A stretch of 57,267 nucleotides of DNA, counting the filler, from Sphacelaria rigidula (lineage: Eukaryota), in the NCBI GenBank assembly GCA_964200075.2. It is 8 parts of 8 records of this genome, joined end to end, with 100 filler letters (N's around TTAATTAATTAA, not from the genome) between each part and the next. Parts side by side here need not be neighbours in the genome. Positions count along the whole stretch, not along the records: positions 1 to 7,071 come from CAXNAA020016639.1; positions 7,172 to 14,242 come from CAXNAA020016640.1; 6 more parts are not named here. One strand, written 5' to 3'. The translations under genes and the position numbers were made by a program. Below, one piece after another: positions 1-13,130 of the stretch (position 1 is its first letter; every line of letters begins with the position of its first letter). Under the pieces are notes generated by a model that had not been told where the DNA came from, did not search any database, and saw nothing but the letters and a program-made list of their open reading frames with translations.

Positions 1-75
1 TCCAGGAATCGAACCCCACAACTCAACCACCAGAAGGTTACGAGGTTACCGACTGAGCCACCGGGGCGACCGGTT
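1..75 (-). mobile_element. tRNA-like head of a SINE (truncated by the window start)
   Basis: Minus strand reads CCGGTCGCCCCGGTGGCTCAGTCGGTAACC...GGGGTTCGATTCCTGG, with A-box and B-box-like motifs. It is similar to the SINE heads at ~26088(-) and ~19590(+). Confidence 0.7.
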
Positions 76-289
76 GCATGTTGTGAAGGTCATTTGTGAT
101 GACTTCAGGTGAGGAAAAACACTGTTTTGGAGTTGAACGTGAAATTCATGTTTGATCTCATTGTCAAAAATAGCATGCGTTTTTTGTCAAGGAGTACAGT
201 TCCCCCTGTCCCCCAGAAAAGAAAAATATTGTGTAACGGCTACGAGTATTATTGCCGAGGTAGACCAAGGAGGCCCAAAGAGGGTCCTA

Positions 290-323
<34 letters not shown>

Positions 324-3300
324 TATGTGTTGCTTGGTGATACCTAGATTTGATTTGGTTTTCTTCCTGCCCGCCGCAGTCTCTGCGCGTGCTGGTTGGA
401 TGTCCAGGCACATGCGCGTGTGTGGGTCATGAGCGATTCGCTGAATGCATGCGTACCCTCCTCCACGCTACACAAGTCGTCACACCCATGTTTCCCCCCC
501 ACGACTCCTCTTCGGCATTTTTTCTCGTGGTGAAACTGCGATTGGTCCTGTCCCGAAAACGTTCTTTTGAGAACTGGACACAGGCTCGCCGAAATTTTTC
601 GAATTAATTAGCGAGATAGTAATTGTCAACTTCAAAAGTCCGCTTTGGCATCAGCAAAACAAACACCCCGCAGATCGGATGTTCTTTTTTTGACAAGGAT
701 AAAGGTGTCGTCGTCCCGAGTAAGGTGAAAACTATTACAGTAGTACAGGCAATGAGTGTGTCCTCCTATCGCGCACGGACCACCCGCGACACCACAATGG
801 AGCATCGATGCTCATTGCATCTGTAATTCCTCCCCCCGCCCGCACAATCATTATATCCAGGCCGCTTCGTCTTCTCGACACTTGATCGCGACAGGTATCG
901 ATATCTTCTCCTCTTGTGGATCTCTTACGACACGAGACCTTCATCGATGCATGACACACACGTGAGGTTCTTCGCTTTAAGGCTCAGTCAGTACTGTACA
1001 GCATAGACAGTGCAGCCCAGTCCGGTTCAACTTTTTCGGTGTGGTACAGGCTTCGTGCATGATAGGGAGTGTTGGGCTGATGAGTGTCGTGCGCTGACTG
1101 CTTCCTGGCCGTTGTATGGTCCAGTACATGCTACTCTCAGTGTATACGGTTTTCATTTGAAGAAAGAGACTACGGCGGTTGGCCCTTCTCTGTGAGGGCG
1201 TCCACCGTCACCATATGTGCGTCATTGTGTACATGGATGTAATTGTGAGTTCGGGGGAGTGTGTCATCATATGATCGATTGCTCGAGATGGTAACGACCA
1301 AGGTGATGCTACCCTGCCATCGTATATCAGGGCTCGAGGCCTCTTGTTGGTGTAATGGGAGAGTGGTGGCAGAGGTGTGGCCATACCAGACACCGGGTTG
1401 TTGGCACGGTTCGAGCCAGGTAGGAATCGCATATGGTTGAACTGTAACGGTACATGCACCCATTATTTTAATTATTTTGGTATTTCGTGTGATATTCTTC
1501 ATTATGTCGGTATTTCGTGTGATGGGCGAGACAGAAATATGAGGATGTCTGGCATCATGCGTTGCTGTCGGCCAATACACACATTGCCCACAATACCCTG
1601 CCGAGTGAGTTAGCCAAGACGCAGTTCGCAGTACGTACAACCCTTAGCACATCAAATGCACCAGGCCCAGTGGAAATGCCGAAGACATTACCCTGTCATT
1701 CTTGAAAGATATGCTGTCTATCTACTGACTGTATCGGTTGCGATCTGCGATCCTCATAAAAGTATACACTGTCCCTCTTTGGCTCGAGTGTTCTTTGCTT
1801 CTATTTTTGAGGTCGTATGATTCTGTGACGCAATATTTTTTGTACGTGGCTGTTCGTTCTTATGATGAGATGCCGACCAAAACTTGAAAAAGAAAATTCA
1901 CCACACCGTACAGATGTAGTAGATGCTTGGTTTGAAAACGCATTGTAACTATGTACACGACATGGACGGCACCAGCAAGGGGCCAAATCCACCAGCTATT
2001 ACTCATACACACATGAAAACCTAATGATATAGTTGTGGACACGTGTGTATCAACGTCGGCGGCGATGGTGTGCTATGCGCCAACCCACTGCTCACAACGT
2101 TCGACTATGACTATATCTCACCCTGCCGACCAACACTCGCGGCTCTTTAGGGAACGATCATGATAAAGGTTGACGAGTCGCTGTTTCATGTCCTGGTCTG
2201 ATGATCATCGCTACTCCCCCAATCCCTCCTGCTGCCCCCTCCCCCTCCCCCCTTCTCCGTCGTCTCTACCGACTACCCAACTGCGCTGCATTTTGAATAG
2301 TGAACGGTGACCATAATCAGTAGCTTCAGGCCTCATGAACTTCTACTACAGTGACGGACATCAACTGCACCACCACCAGCAGCTTTTTGGAGGAAACCAA
2401 AGGTACGCCTCGGTACTTCTTGTGGCTTTGATCGTACTCCGAGTTTCGTTGATATTTATACTGTACATCGTTCTCGAGAGAAGGATATATACGGTCGACT
2501 CATCCCTCCCTCATGCCGAATAGACTTTCAAAGCACCCCAGAATCCTTGTGCTGATATCTCCTTTTGTTTCCAGTGCTCTACACTGCTGCTGCAGTGAAG
2601 TGTACTGCTCTGTACTTTGTCGTGACCTTTCCCCGTGTGTACATGCATGTTGGAAGCTGCCGCCTCCCGGCAGTCTAACTGGTACATTGAATAACAGAGT
2701 GAACCAATCACAAATTTGCGGACAAGTTGTACCTCTCTCAGTTAGGGCGGACCGTCGTGGGCTCAAACTCCGAACTGGTCGTCGGCATTTTCGAGCAAAT
2801 CTGTTTCCAAACGCTGAAAACTACACTATTTGCTGCTTGGGAGGTTTGGTAGATGAGTACCCCCTAGCAAGCTACCTTGCGCGCACCTAGCGCGTATACT
2901 GTATCGCCATAATACGACGGCGAATCGTCGTGCACTTCCTGCACCTTAATTGCTGCACTTTATACCAGCGTTTCCCTGCAGCAACACGCTGCCTATGTCG
3001 TCTGCTATCCATAAGTTCTCATCCACCACCGCCTCGTGACTTGTGGATATGCGGCAAGTCATGTGTGTTCTGAAGGAACATCTACAAATGCAATAAATAT
3101 TGTTCATGCTTTTAAACGAATCGGTTGTAGTTGCATCTCATTTCAACCAGCAAACACTTACTTGGAAGACTCATTTGGCGATGCGGGCGGCCCTCATTCA
3201 GACACGAATGCTCCCGGAATAGCGCGAACCGATCGATCGCCTTGCCACCTCATAGGCCTGAGAAAATCTTGACGATTCTCTCAAGTGAGCTTCCCTCTGC

Positions 3301-3574
3301 CCTTCAAAAATCCCGATCAAAATGACTTTGTTGGACATGGAGACATGAAAAAAAAGAGGTCGTGGCAGTTTTGCGCTAGTCATACTGTACATACGAATAA
3401 CGCGTGGCCTCAGATCTGTTCACGTGGTGGCACGTGTGGTGACTCGACAATATCAATTATTTTAGAATAATTCAAGGCCATTTCCAAGTCACGACTTGGA
3501 AATGGTCATGTCGAAGAAAAGTCCAGCCGTGATTTGATTACCTGCCCGCGTTCGTCGCATCCCTTGTAGTCAAA

Positions 3575-4970
3575 TACACTGACACAGCCCGTAGCCATCG
3601 TTCAAGCCATCACACAGTGCAAACGGCCTCGTAGCGGACGAGAAACGCGCCTACTGCACAGTGCCAAAAAATGCAGCCGCCCACTGTACTTGAACACAGC
3701 GTACTATGTCCAAGTCGCGACATGGAAAAAGTTACATCCAAGTCCAGCGAGTGGAATGCCTATCCGGGTTCGTCCCATGTGCCTTGACATCGACACCATA
3801 GCAGCTGCAATACACTCACACAGTCCGCAGTCATCGTCCAAGCCATCATGGGGTCTAAACGACCTCGTCCCGGACAAGAGACGCGCCTGCTACATAAAAC
3901 AGTGCCAAACATTGTGACACGACTGTACTTGGACATGAGCTATGTCCGAGTCCAGCGAGTGGAATACCTGTCCGCGCTCGTCCCATGTGCTTTGTATCGA
4001 CACCACAGCAGCTGTAGTATACTCACACAGTCCGCAGCCACCGTTCAAGCCATCGTGGGGTGCAAACGTCCTCGTAACGGACGGGGAACGCGCCTGTTGC
4101 ACGTATTGCCAAAAAATACGGTCACCCGATGGACTCGGACAAAACCTATGTCCAAGTCCAGTCGGGTGCAGTGTTCTTGGCATCGTGAGTAGCGTGCGCG
4201 ATTTGCGCCCGTTGCGAGATGGCTTGCACCGTGCGATGGCTTGAGCAATGGCTGCGGGCTATTGGGTATATTTCAGCTGCTGTGGTGGCACTTTCTACGA
4301 TACCCCCCCCCCCCCAAAAAAAAAAACATCCAAAAAGTGTCACGAAAAAAATGGTCATACAGCGCCTGGTGTTTGAGTTCAGGCTGCATGAATCGCCCCA
4401 TATGGGCGACATCGGCGAGAACGAACCCAAGCGTGGGAATTCCCGGCTGCTCGTTGTGCTCGGCTTTTCCATTTTGATTTAAGTGAAGATTTTGCCTCTC
4501 CCCAAACCAGGCAGTTTTGGGCGATGGGGCTATCGTAGAAAGTGTCAGGTGTCCATACAAGGCACATGGGACGAGCGGACAGGTATTCCACTCGCTGAAC
4601 TTGGACATAGTTCATGCCCAAGTCCAGTCGGGTCGCATTATATTTTGGCACTGTATGTAGCAGGCGCGTCTCTTGTCCGGGACGAGGTCGTTTGCACCCC
4701 ACGATGGCTTGAACGGTGGCTGCGGACTGTGTGAGTGTATTGCAGCTGCTGTAATGACGATGCAAGGCACATGGGACGAGCGCGGATGGGTATTATTCCA
4801 TTCGCTGGACGTGGACATAGCTCATGCCCAAGTCCAGTCGGGTGGCAGTATATTTTGGCACTGTGTGTAGCAGGCGCGTTTCTCGTCCGGTACAAGGTCA
4901 TTTGCATCCCAAGATGGCTTGAACGATGACTACGGATGTGTGAGTGTATCACAGCTGCTGTGGTATCGAG
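3575..4970. repeat. Fold-back element built from ~210-230-bp tandem subunits in inverted arms
   Basis: The unit CACACAGTCCGCAG..CCATCGTGGGGTGCAAACG.CCTCGT..CGGAC..GA.ACGCGCCTG occurs three times forward (~3580-4160) and twice in reverse complement (~4545-4970). Confidence 0.8.
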
Positions 4971-5595
4971 GTTCAGGGTTGGGGTTTAGGGCTAGGGCGT
5001 GCCTTGAAGCGTGTCTTCGCATTTTTTTCCGATCGTGACGATGAGGTCGTGGGACTGATTATAGCGAAAATCGCTCATTTTTGTCGAGTTGGGTCCAAGC
5101 GAATTTTCAACCTTTCGATCTATACAAGACAACAGTGAAACTCGTGAACTACATGGTCACTCGTGTACAGTAGACAGTCTGTACTGTCTGCACTGCTTGC
5201 AAACAGTTTGTCTTGAGTGCGTGTGTGCATGTGTGCTTGTTTCGTACAGGAGGATCTTGAAGGAAAGCGGGCAACGTGCAGTGCAGACAGCCCAGTACTG
5301 TCAGTTCTCTCTGCTTACAATTCGGCGTGAAAAATAGGAGCTTCGGCAACATGCAGCTTTGTACTGCCTGCACCGTCCATGAGCGTGCACGCAACTCCGT
5401 TGTCCGCCGTACCACGCAGTTCCGTCGCTGATCCTACCATGAAAGATCAACAAGTTTTCGCCAACAAAAAAAAAGAACAAAGCATACCCAACTACTACAG
5501 TGTATATATCGCTGTGCTCAACTCGTACTCGATGCTGCAGGATTGCGGTGGTAACTGAAAATGAGTTGGACGGAGTTTGCATGGTTCTGTGAACG

Positions 5596-5972
5596 AACAC
5601 GGGATTTTATAAATTGGGGATGGTTTATCACTGAGGATGAAAACCCGGAGAAGAAAAATATTCGTATCCCCACCAAATCGTCGAAATATGGTTCCATATC
5701 TTCACTTGCTGGTAGCTATTGACAACTATTACACGCCATACAAATTTGGATTTCGGTAACCGAAATGTCGGGGTACTAGACGAAAAAACCAATAGCTATT
5801 ATTGACAACTATAACACGCCATAAACATTTGGATTTCGGTAACCGAAATGTCGGGGTACTAGACGAAAAAACCAAGTAGAAAACCATGTTTCGACGATTT
5901 GGTGTGCATTTTGCTCCTCCGGGTTTTCATCCCCAATAAATAATTCATCCCCAATTTGTAAAATCCCGTGTT
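5596..5972. mobile_element. MITE-like element with long imperfect terminal inverted repeats and an internal ~80-bp tandem duplication
   Basis: AACACGGGATTTTATAAATTGGGGATG... pairs with ...CATCCCCAATTTGTAAAATCCCGTGTT. The segment TAGCTATT..GACAACTAT.ACACGCCATA...GACGAAAAAACCAA is repeated at ~5713 and ~5793. Confidence 0.75.
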
Positions 5973-6434
5973 GACTGGTGTTATCTGGCGTGGTGGTCTG
6001 TAAATTAGGAGTCAAGTGCCGCTTGGTGCTTTGTGATCGCAAGTTTTGGATCGGAAAAGCTTGGCTATATACTGTCTTGTAGATTTTCTCCGCGCGCCGC
6101 TAATCGTGAATAATAGTTGAAGCCTGCTAGGAACATAAATGCGGTGGACCTATCAGATCGAGAAAAAAAATCGATCGCACGTTTCGATCGATGAAAAATG
6201 TGCGGCAGAGAGGAGAAACTCCGATCTGATAGGTTGTGATTTCAACTACCGAAAGAATTTTTGTTGACAGTGGTTGAAATCACAGCCTATCAGATCTGCA
6301 TTCTTGTTTCCCACCGCACTCTTTCGATTAAAAATATCATGTGCCAAGACACAGCCTTAGAGATAATGTCGGTCGGTGGGGTGATCAACTGTGGCAGAAA
6401 GAGGCGCTGTGTGAGCAAGCACTAAGCCCGTGCA

Positions 6435-6600
6435 TACGCAGAAGGAAGGTGGAGAACTAAAACAACTTTGAGAGAGGAAAAAAATCCTGTGTTGACCTTC
6501 CTCCTTCGTGAGCCCTGTTGGTGCGCGCCCACATGTACCGGAAGGTGTGAAGATTTGGCGTCCACAATAGATGGGATGACAACACACACAACACACAACT
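6435..6600 (+). mobile_element. 3' fragment of the (CA)n-tailed tRNA-SINE family
   Basis: CGCAGAAGGAAGGTGGAG...CCTTCCTCC...GCGCCCACATGTACCG.AAGGTG...GGCGTCCA.AATAGA...ACACAC matches the copies at 19590, 21620 and 25699. Confidence 0.75.
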
Positions 6601-7071
6601 ACGAGTCCATGTCTTATTGTGACAGAAAAGGGTAGAACCGAACAAGCGATGCAGTTATTTCGCGGGAGGTGTAATGCGTGAGAGGAGCGCGTGCTTAGAG
6701 GACCGCATCGTAGTCCAAAATCCCTCACGATCGACTTCTTCCAAAAGCGATCGGGGCAGTCCCTGCAGGGACCACGCCCCTGATTCCAACCCCAACACTA
6801 ACCCTAATCATAGATATGTTCAAACTCCGATGCGGTCTTTGAAGCACGCGGTCCTCTCACGCATTACAGAGGTTCGAAACCTTAGAGCTACTTCGGCAGC
6901 CGATATGATGAGTGGTATTTTCTATTTTGTTATTTCATATGTCTGGTCAAGATAATTGGGTATGTTGACTATTTTGGCCATTTCTTCCCCCCAGTCCAGC
7001 AATTGGCCTGGTCCGGCGAGAACCCGGCGTGCTCCGTCCCGGCTTTGTAGGGGCGGACCCCCGATGGGGTT

Positions 7072-7171
7072 NNNNNNNNNNNNNNNNNNNNNNNNNNNNN
7101 NNNNNNNNNNNNNNNTTAATTAATTAANNNNNNNNNNNNNNNNNNNNNNNNNNNNNNNNNNNNNNNNNNNN
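7072..7171. other. Artificial scaffold-joining linker (44 N + TTAATTAATTAA + 44 N); identical linkers at 14243-14342, 21414-21513, 28585-28684, 35756-35855, 42927-43026, 50098-50197
   Basis: Identical 100-bp spacer with stops in all six frames. The intervening segments are 7071 bp (last one 7070 bp), as expected for length-sorted concatenated scaffolds. Confidence 0.98.
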
Positions 7172-7920
7172 TTTTATCACTGATTGAGGGCGTTTTAGTA
7201 TGGTAACGATGATTTTTTTACGAGAACGCCCGAACCTCTCATGAAAAAAAAAAGGCCTTCATTTTTTTTTTACTCGGCATACCTCTGTCGTTCTCCATGC
7301 CGAGTTTCAAATCACAATTATAATAATTGAGCTGAAAAATTGAGATGAGGCCCACTAGCAATTTCATTTCTCCTCAAAACCCCCCTAAACACACGAAAAA
7401 AGATTAGAAAAAACGAGAAAAAAAACCGAAAAAGCGATATATTTTATTTCATTATGCACTAGCGGTTCTCTATACCAAATTTCATAGCCCAGCTCTCAAA
7501 AACTGAGACGCGATATCCAGATTTAGGTCTTCTAGTGCCTCTGTTCGTAATATACTGATTTTAGTATAGAACCTTATGTGCGCCATTTCTCGAGATAGAT
7601 AACGAATTAGGTGAAAGTGGGGGTATCTATCGTCTCCCCGTGCTCCAGGGAAGGTCCACACCAAAAATCGTCATCATCCGCTTGATCGATCGTTCGGAGT
7701 TTCATATAGATTTTAGTCTGGACGCCATCTCCGCTAGGTATAGGAATTACTATACATGGGGTTTACTCGACGAGAAAGAATTGGCCCAGATTCTTGAGCA
7801 GATGAGCACCTTCCCCTTGATCAGACGATTAATACGATATGTGGATCACGGCCTAACTCGTCTGTGCCGTTGAGATATCGCTTTGAGAGCTTAAATCTAT
7901 TTTTTGACTGGCCCAGCTCG
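7172..7920 (-). mobile_element. Non-autonomous TA-flanked (Tc1/mariner-like) DNA element in the kinesin intron, truncated by the scaffold end
   Basis: The reverse complement begins TA|CGAGCTGGGCCAG and aligns by eye along its length with the complete copy at 16625-17846. Confidence 0.75.
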
Positions 7921-7969
7921 TACAGTACAAGTAGTACTCGATCAGGTTCTATGGTGAACCATGAATTAC

Positions 7970-8181
7970 CTGTGGACTTCGCCTGGGTTCGCAGGGTTCT
8001 CCAGACAAGCGGTTCCATTCTCGATTCTGAAGCAGCTTTTTTCCGCCTTGACTAGCTCACTCTTTGACATCGGGCGGCATCGTACCGCCACCTTGATGTT
8101 GGTCACAGCTGCCTCTTCCTCATTCTGCTCGCGACCGCCTCCTCCCTTGTTGGTCGAATTCCGCCCGTCCGTCGCCTCCAT
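7970..8181 (-). CDS. First coding exon of a kinesin-like motor protein
   Basis: MEATDG...NIKVAVRCRPMSKSE matches the N-terminal kinesin motor motif (I.VAVR.RP). The exon ends at a canonical donor, CAG|GTAATT (7970/7969). Later exons were not found on this scaffold. Confidence 0.85.
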
Positions 8182-10399
8182 CCGTGTTACTGTACTGTAC
8201 AGTACAGACAGGAGTTCTTTTCGCGTAAATACCGAACGCTCCGTACTCGAGGTCGGCGTGATGGTTGGTCAGTTCTCCACTAGAACGGAGAAAAGGGTGC
8301 CAAATGGACCGCAATTAGTAGTTGAAAGGTTGAACATTGCGCGCTATGGCGCTATGCTTCTCCCGAGACCATGCTCGAGGTGTCCCCCGCGACGATGTGT
8401 GCTCAAACCTTATTTCCTTTCGGTCAGTGTGTTATCGCATGTTTGATCTCAACTACACTGCATGCAGGTGCTGTGCTCACCCCAACATGTGTATTTCGAT
8501 GGACAACTTGCTTCGGCCGCGAGACGAGGAACGCGATCGTTTGACGTCGTTTTGCTGCTACCGCACTGTAGTTGACGGTGCTGAGCAGTGAAACAGGCTA
8601 ATCCGTTTTGCACTCGTCCCGGGCGACTTCGAGTATGGCGGTACTGTACAAGAGCACGAGCGGATGGCTGGACTTCGACCATTTATTTCGTTCTTCCGAG
8701 GGTGCTCCTTCACACAGTAAAAGCACACGGGAAACATGAAATATACAACCAAAGCGCGGCTGAAACAAATCAGTCTGTTCCGGCCAGCAGTAACGTGCCC
8801 AAGCACAAACGTCTGTTTAGAGCGAAGAGTCGCCTCCTATTTTCCGTCTTCTCTCGCCCATGTTGAACACTAGCATCGCCACAAAAACACGAGATCTTTC
8901 AAAGATCGCGAGTACCGAGGTCACACAGTAAGTACTGTTATGCGGTCAAGCAATGTCCATGCTACACTGTCTGTAGACATCACAGTATGATTCAGCAAGA
9001 CGAAGTGTAACGGCCAATAGAACGCCTACTTACTAGATCCGAAACCCAAACTTGTTTAGGGATAATAAAAAAATCAAAACAGTTCCGAATGTTTTCAATA
9101 TTCACTGCAGGACTCGTTGGGAACCGCACCATGCGAGGAGGCGGGATGTAGGTCCCGCGATGTACAACTGTTCTGCTATCTGTGAAAAACTCCAGCACCG
9201 GTGTGCGTACGTACTACAGTTTCTTGGTTCAGCCAATCTACAAAGGAGGTACGCACGTCGCAACGCTATACAATTTACGATACACATCTCCATGCGCTAT
9301 GCAAACTTTGCTGTGCGGTGCTACATGTGCTACTAAACTGTATGATACTGTCCGGTTGTGCCTGCACTGTAGGACACGTGCGTGCCGCTCTATTTTGCCC
9401 ATAACTAAATGCTTTCAGTAGTGATGCCAGCGAGACGGACTCGCTTGCAATCGCTGCAGCCAACATGGTCATCGGTTGTCTTGTGTTACGAAATGCCTGC
9501 CACGATGAACGTCCACAGGCCCTCTATTAGCTACTCTCCAACCCGTTCAAACAAACCGTGCAACCTCTGCACTGTACTGTTGCGACTGTTCGCACCATTA
9601 TGGTGTCCTATGTCCCATACTGTTTTCCGTATAGTTTCCAGGAGCACCGGAGAGTTGTCCTGCTATTCAGACCATCAATAGACCGAGTCGGTGCGCCTAA
9701 CCGAGTCAACTGCCCTCAGATGGCCGTAAATCATCACTATGCCCCCCTAGGTCCTGAGGTGTGCACCTTACTTGACACAGGCGGGGCGTTTTTCCCAGTT
9801 CGAATATTGAGAGAGTAGATAAAAAGGGCTGTGCTCTCCGTCCTACATTACAGAGCGGAGGGGTGTTGATATCGTGTTATCCAACGTGTGCTTGGTGTGG
9901 CGTGAAAGGTCCTGACTTGAATTGACTTGATTTTTATACAGCGGTACGTTTTTGGGATACATGCCATATAACTCCGTGCCCCCAGAAAAGTGCTTGCGTA
10001 CTCCATAAAACGCGTGCGTGTTTGCAGTTGAGCACCTCGGGTCGGGGGTACTGCACTACACATTTCTCCGTCCTGTATGAACACGCCACACACAAGTCCC
10101 CCCCGCTTCCACGTCATTTATCCAGCGCGCCCAGTTGACAGCATCTTGGCTGTCTGTTGCCTGCGGCTGCTGTCTGCCATCTTATCGAATCAAGGGGAGC
10201 AGCAAATTGAAGAGGGTGCTGTGACCTGCGCTCTGTGACAAGCTACAGGTCAACATATTCTAGCAGGTGAGGGACTTTTGAGGGTCCACCCTGTTTGTCC
10301 TCTGGATGGCACAGTTTTGTGTCTGTGGCAAATGCAACCACCAGTTACTTTTGGCAGGAAGCCGCATGTGTTCGTGTTGCTGGGGTCGGGGAACTACCT

Positions 10400-13130
10400 A
10401 CAACTGTACCCCCATCAGGGCTAATCGCTTTGCGTTTGCAGTGCTGACGAGGAAAGTGGAGATGTAATGGTGCTTGTGGTGAACATGGATTGATTCTGTG
10501 GACAGATATCGGCTTGTTCGATGACATTTTCGAAATATTTCGAGAAGAGCACGATCTTCATTTTTCCGTCGATACAGTTTGTTCTTCCTCATCATGAGGG
10601 GCTGGAAAAACGGAAAATCATTCAAACAGGCACCGGGCCATCTATCTCTGACAACATCCGACATCACGTCATCTAGTGTTTGTGGTCGTATCCCGTGTGT
10701 ACGGTGTGTGGAGTTTGTACGCAGTGAAACCACAGGTTCTTTACTCTCGCGGTGGTACTGTGGCTCCCGTGGATCATGATGTCCTCGTAGCCGAACTCGG
10801 CGGGTGCATGTCCAGACCTGAAACAAACCCGTCATCGTTTGAGTGATTCTTGTTGTGTTTCATCAGGCGGGGGAAACCGTTGTAAGGGTCCAATACCGTA
10901 CACGGCAGAGTTTGTAGCACAACACATGTGAACGCAAGCCCCCCCTCCCGCGCGGTCATTCGAACGAAGAGAGAAATCAGGGCAAATACTTGGTAGACAC
11001 GAAGATATCTTCGATGATACCCGGATATCGTAGTTGTATCCTCCTTCCCCATTTGCAGGCTATCAAAAACCGACACCCACCTTGTGTTGTCGGCGATACT
11101 CAGTAGCTTACCGTGTTCCATATGTGTATACTCACACTCTGCTCTTGAATTTCCTGTACTTATGAGGATATCGACGAAGGACCCCGAGCTAAGAAAACTT
11201 GTAGACTTTCAAAATATCTCGACGAAACACACTACTGTGATCACCATCGTTGCGAGGATGATCAGTTCAGTCGAGAGCGGTTTATCGTCATCAGTCTCTC
11301 GTGTGGGAGGGAGCGGCCGCGGTTGGTACGTCACCCCCCAGAAGTGGTCGTTGAAGAACTGATGACTCAAGTCTAGGATGGGGTGATGTAACCAGTTTCG
11401 TGCATACGTATTTCTGTACGTATCTCTGTGGTTATCACCTCATCGTAAATTCTAGTGTACGGCATCACACGAAATTTCCCCCTGTTAAAAAAACAACAAC
11501 TCGAAAGTATCGTACTTGTTCTTCGAGTGTCTTCCTTTCGTGGACTGTGAAGTACTCGGCGTAGTATATTCTTTCGAAAACAAAGGCAAGCTCGGTCGTC
11601 AAACCATGATCATAACGGCAAGTCGAAACTAAGGCTCGACAGCTCACACACCAAGCATACTGATCTCGACAATGTTCGAACACTAGACATTTCCACACAC
11701 CCTGTGCATTTTGACTCTGACTGCTCTTGACCATGGCTATCGGCAGCCACCTGATACATTACGGGATCTCATCATATTTTTTGCTTCGTGGTGTTCGGGG
11801 CCGCTAGCATGCATGTATCGACCTGAACCACAGACAGCAGGGAGCGCAAACAAGCACTTTTGTACAACAGTTTTTGATGCGAGCCCTGTTCGCCGTGGGA
11901 TACCCTTTGTCGGTGTATAAATAATTGCACATCAAACGCGCAATACCCCGCCCGTGTGCGGCCAGATGTACAGAGGAGGCGATACATACCACTACGTGGG
12001 AGTCAGTTGGTCTGTTCGTCTTGCCTCCGCCTTTGGCTGTCCATATTTCCTCCCGGGCAACACTCAAAGGCGACGCCGGGTACGCTTGTACAGCATGGTA
12101 TGTACCTCCACAGCCCGAAGACGAAGAAGGGGCCCGTAAATCATTTGACGCCGAGGGTAGGTCATTTGTTGAATCGAGATCTATTTGACCTGAAAAACGT
12201 TTGCATGACGTAAGAGGACTACCCTCCCCGTATAAGGGTTGAACCCGCGCGTATATGTACACCGCCATCGTTGCAGTTGCCAGGGTTATTGCTGAATTAT
12301 TATTGCCGCCGCGTCTCGACAAGAAAAGCGGGCGTGGCAATGTCGGACGTGTCTTGTTTCCCTCTATTATATTTTCTCCGCGAGTCCACACGATGACTCA
12401 TTTATTCTGTACCAGATCATGGTACGTACGGCACTCTGTATACTTTATTTTATGGAACAGAGGTCAATTGGTGAGAAAAGCTGCCGAAGAAACGAAAACA
12501 TTTGCACATGGAGCTGGAGGTCGCGCACCTAGGGAAGGTGCCTACGTACCACACGGGTTTGTGGAGAGCTCCTTTCCCGTCCCTTGCTGATGAGATTTCA
12601 GCTTTTTGTTGCGCTAGTTCTCTTTCTCGGAGCTCGTGGCGATACGATATCTCTGTCTGAGCATGGGATGACCTGCTGAGTCATCGAACAGCGTGTTCTA
12701 AGGGACCAGACGGATAATATATATAGGGGCAGTGTGAAGATACGGGCAATTTCGGTAGTAGTATTGTGCCCTCTTGCCTCCATCCATCTCTCGAGAGAAA
12801 TACACGATATTCAAGCCGATATGTGGTTCTTCCTACGAGTGTGCCTACTGATTCTGTCTCGCATTTCTCGTAACCAATTGTGGACATGATTTTTCTCGAC
12901 CGCGACTACCTGCGCCGAAAATTGTCGATGGTCGGGCTCATACAGCACATCAACCTCTGCCAGGTATTTCCGAAGGTTTGACCACTTGGTGGGTGGATCA
13001 GCAGCCTGTCTGTTCTTCCATCCATGTCCCAGTCCATTGCCCATCAACACACGCACGCCCACGATGAAATAGGGTGTTCCGGCTGAACTGCGAAGATAAC
13101 CGACCATGTACTGATCGATAGAGGTGAACT
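10400..13130 (-). pseudogene. Probable degenerate hAT-superfamily transposase relic
   Basis: Collinear minus-strand fragments: TKWSNLRKYL (BED-finger-like, ~12980), LLSIADNTRWVSVFDSL (TRW.S catalytic-region motif, ~11080) and DFPFFQPLM...YISTFLVSTANAKR (dimerisation-domain-like, ~10430-10620). Many stops and frameshifts. Confidence 0.45.

Noticed and set aside
800-2300. Possible decayed coding sequence on the minus strand
   Set aside because: No recognisable motif or consistent splice structure could be identified by eye.
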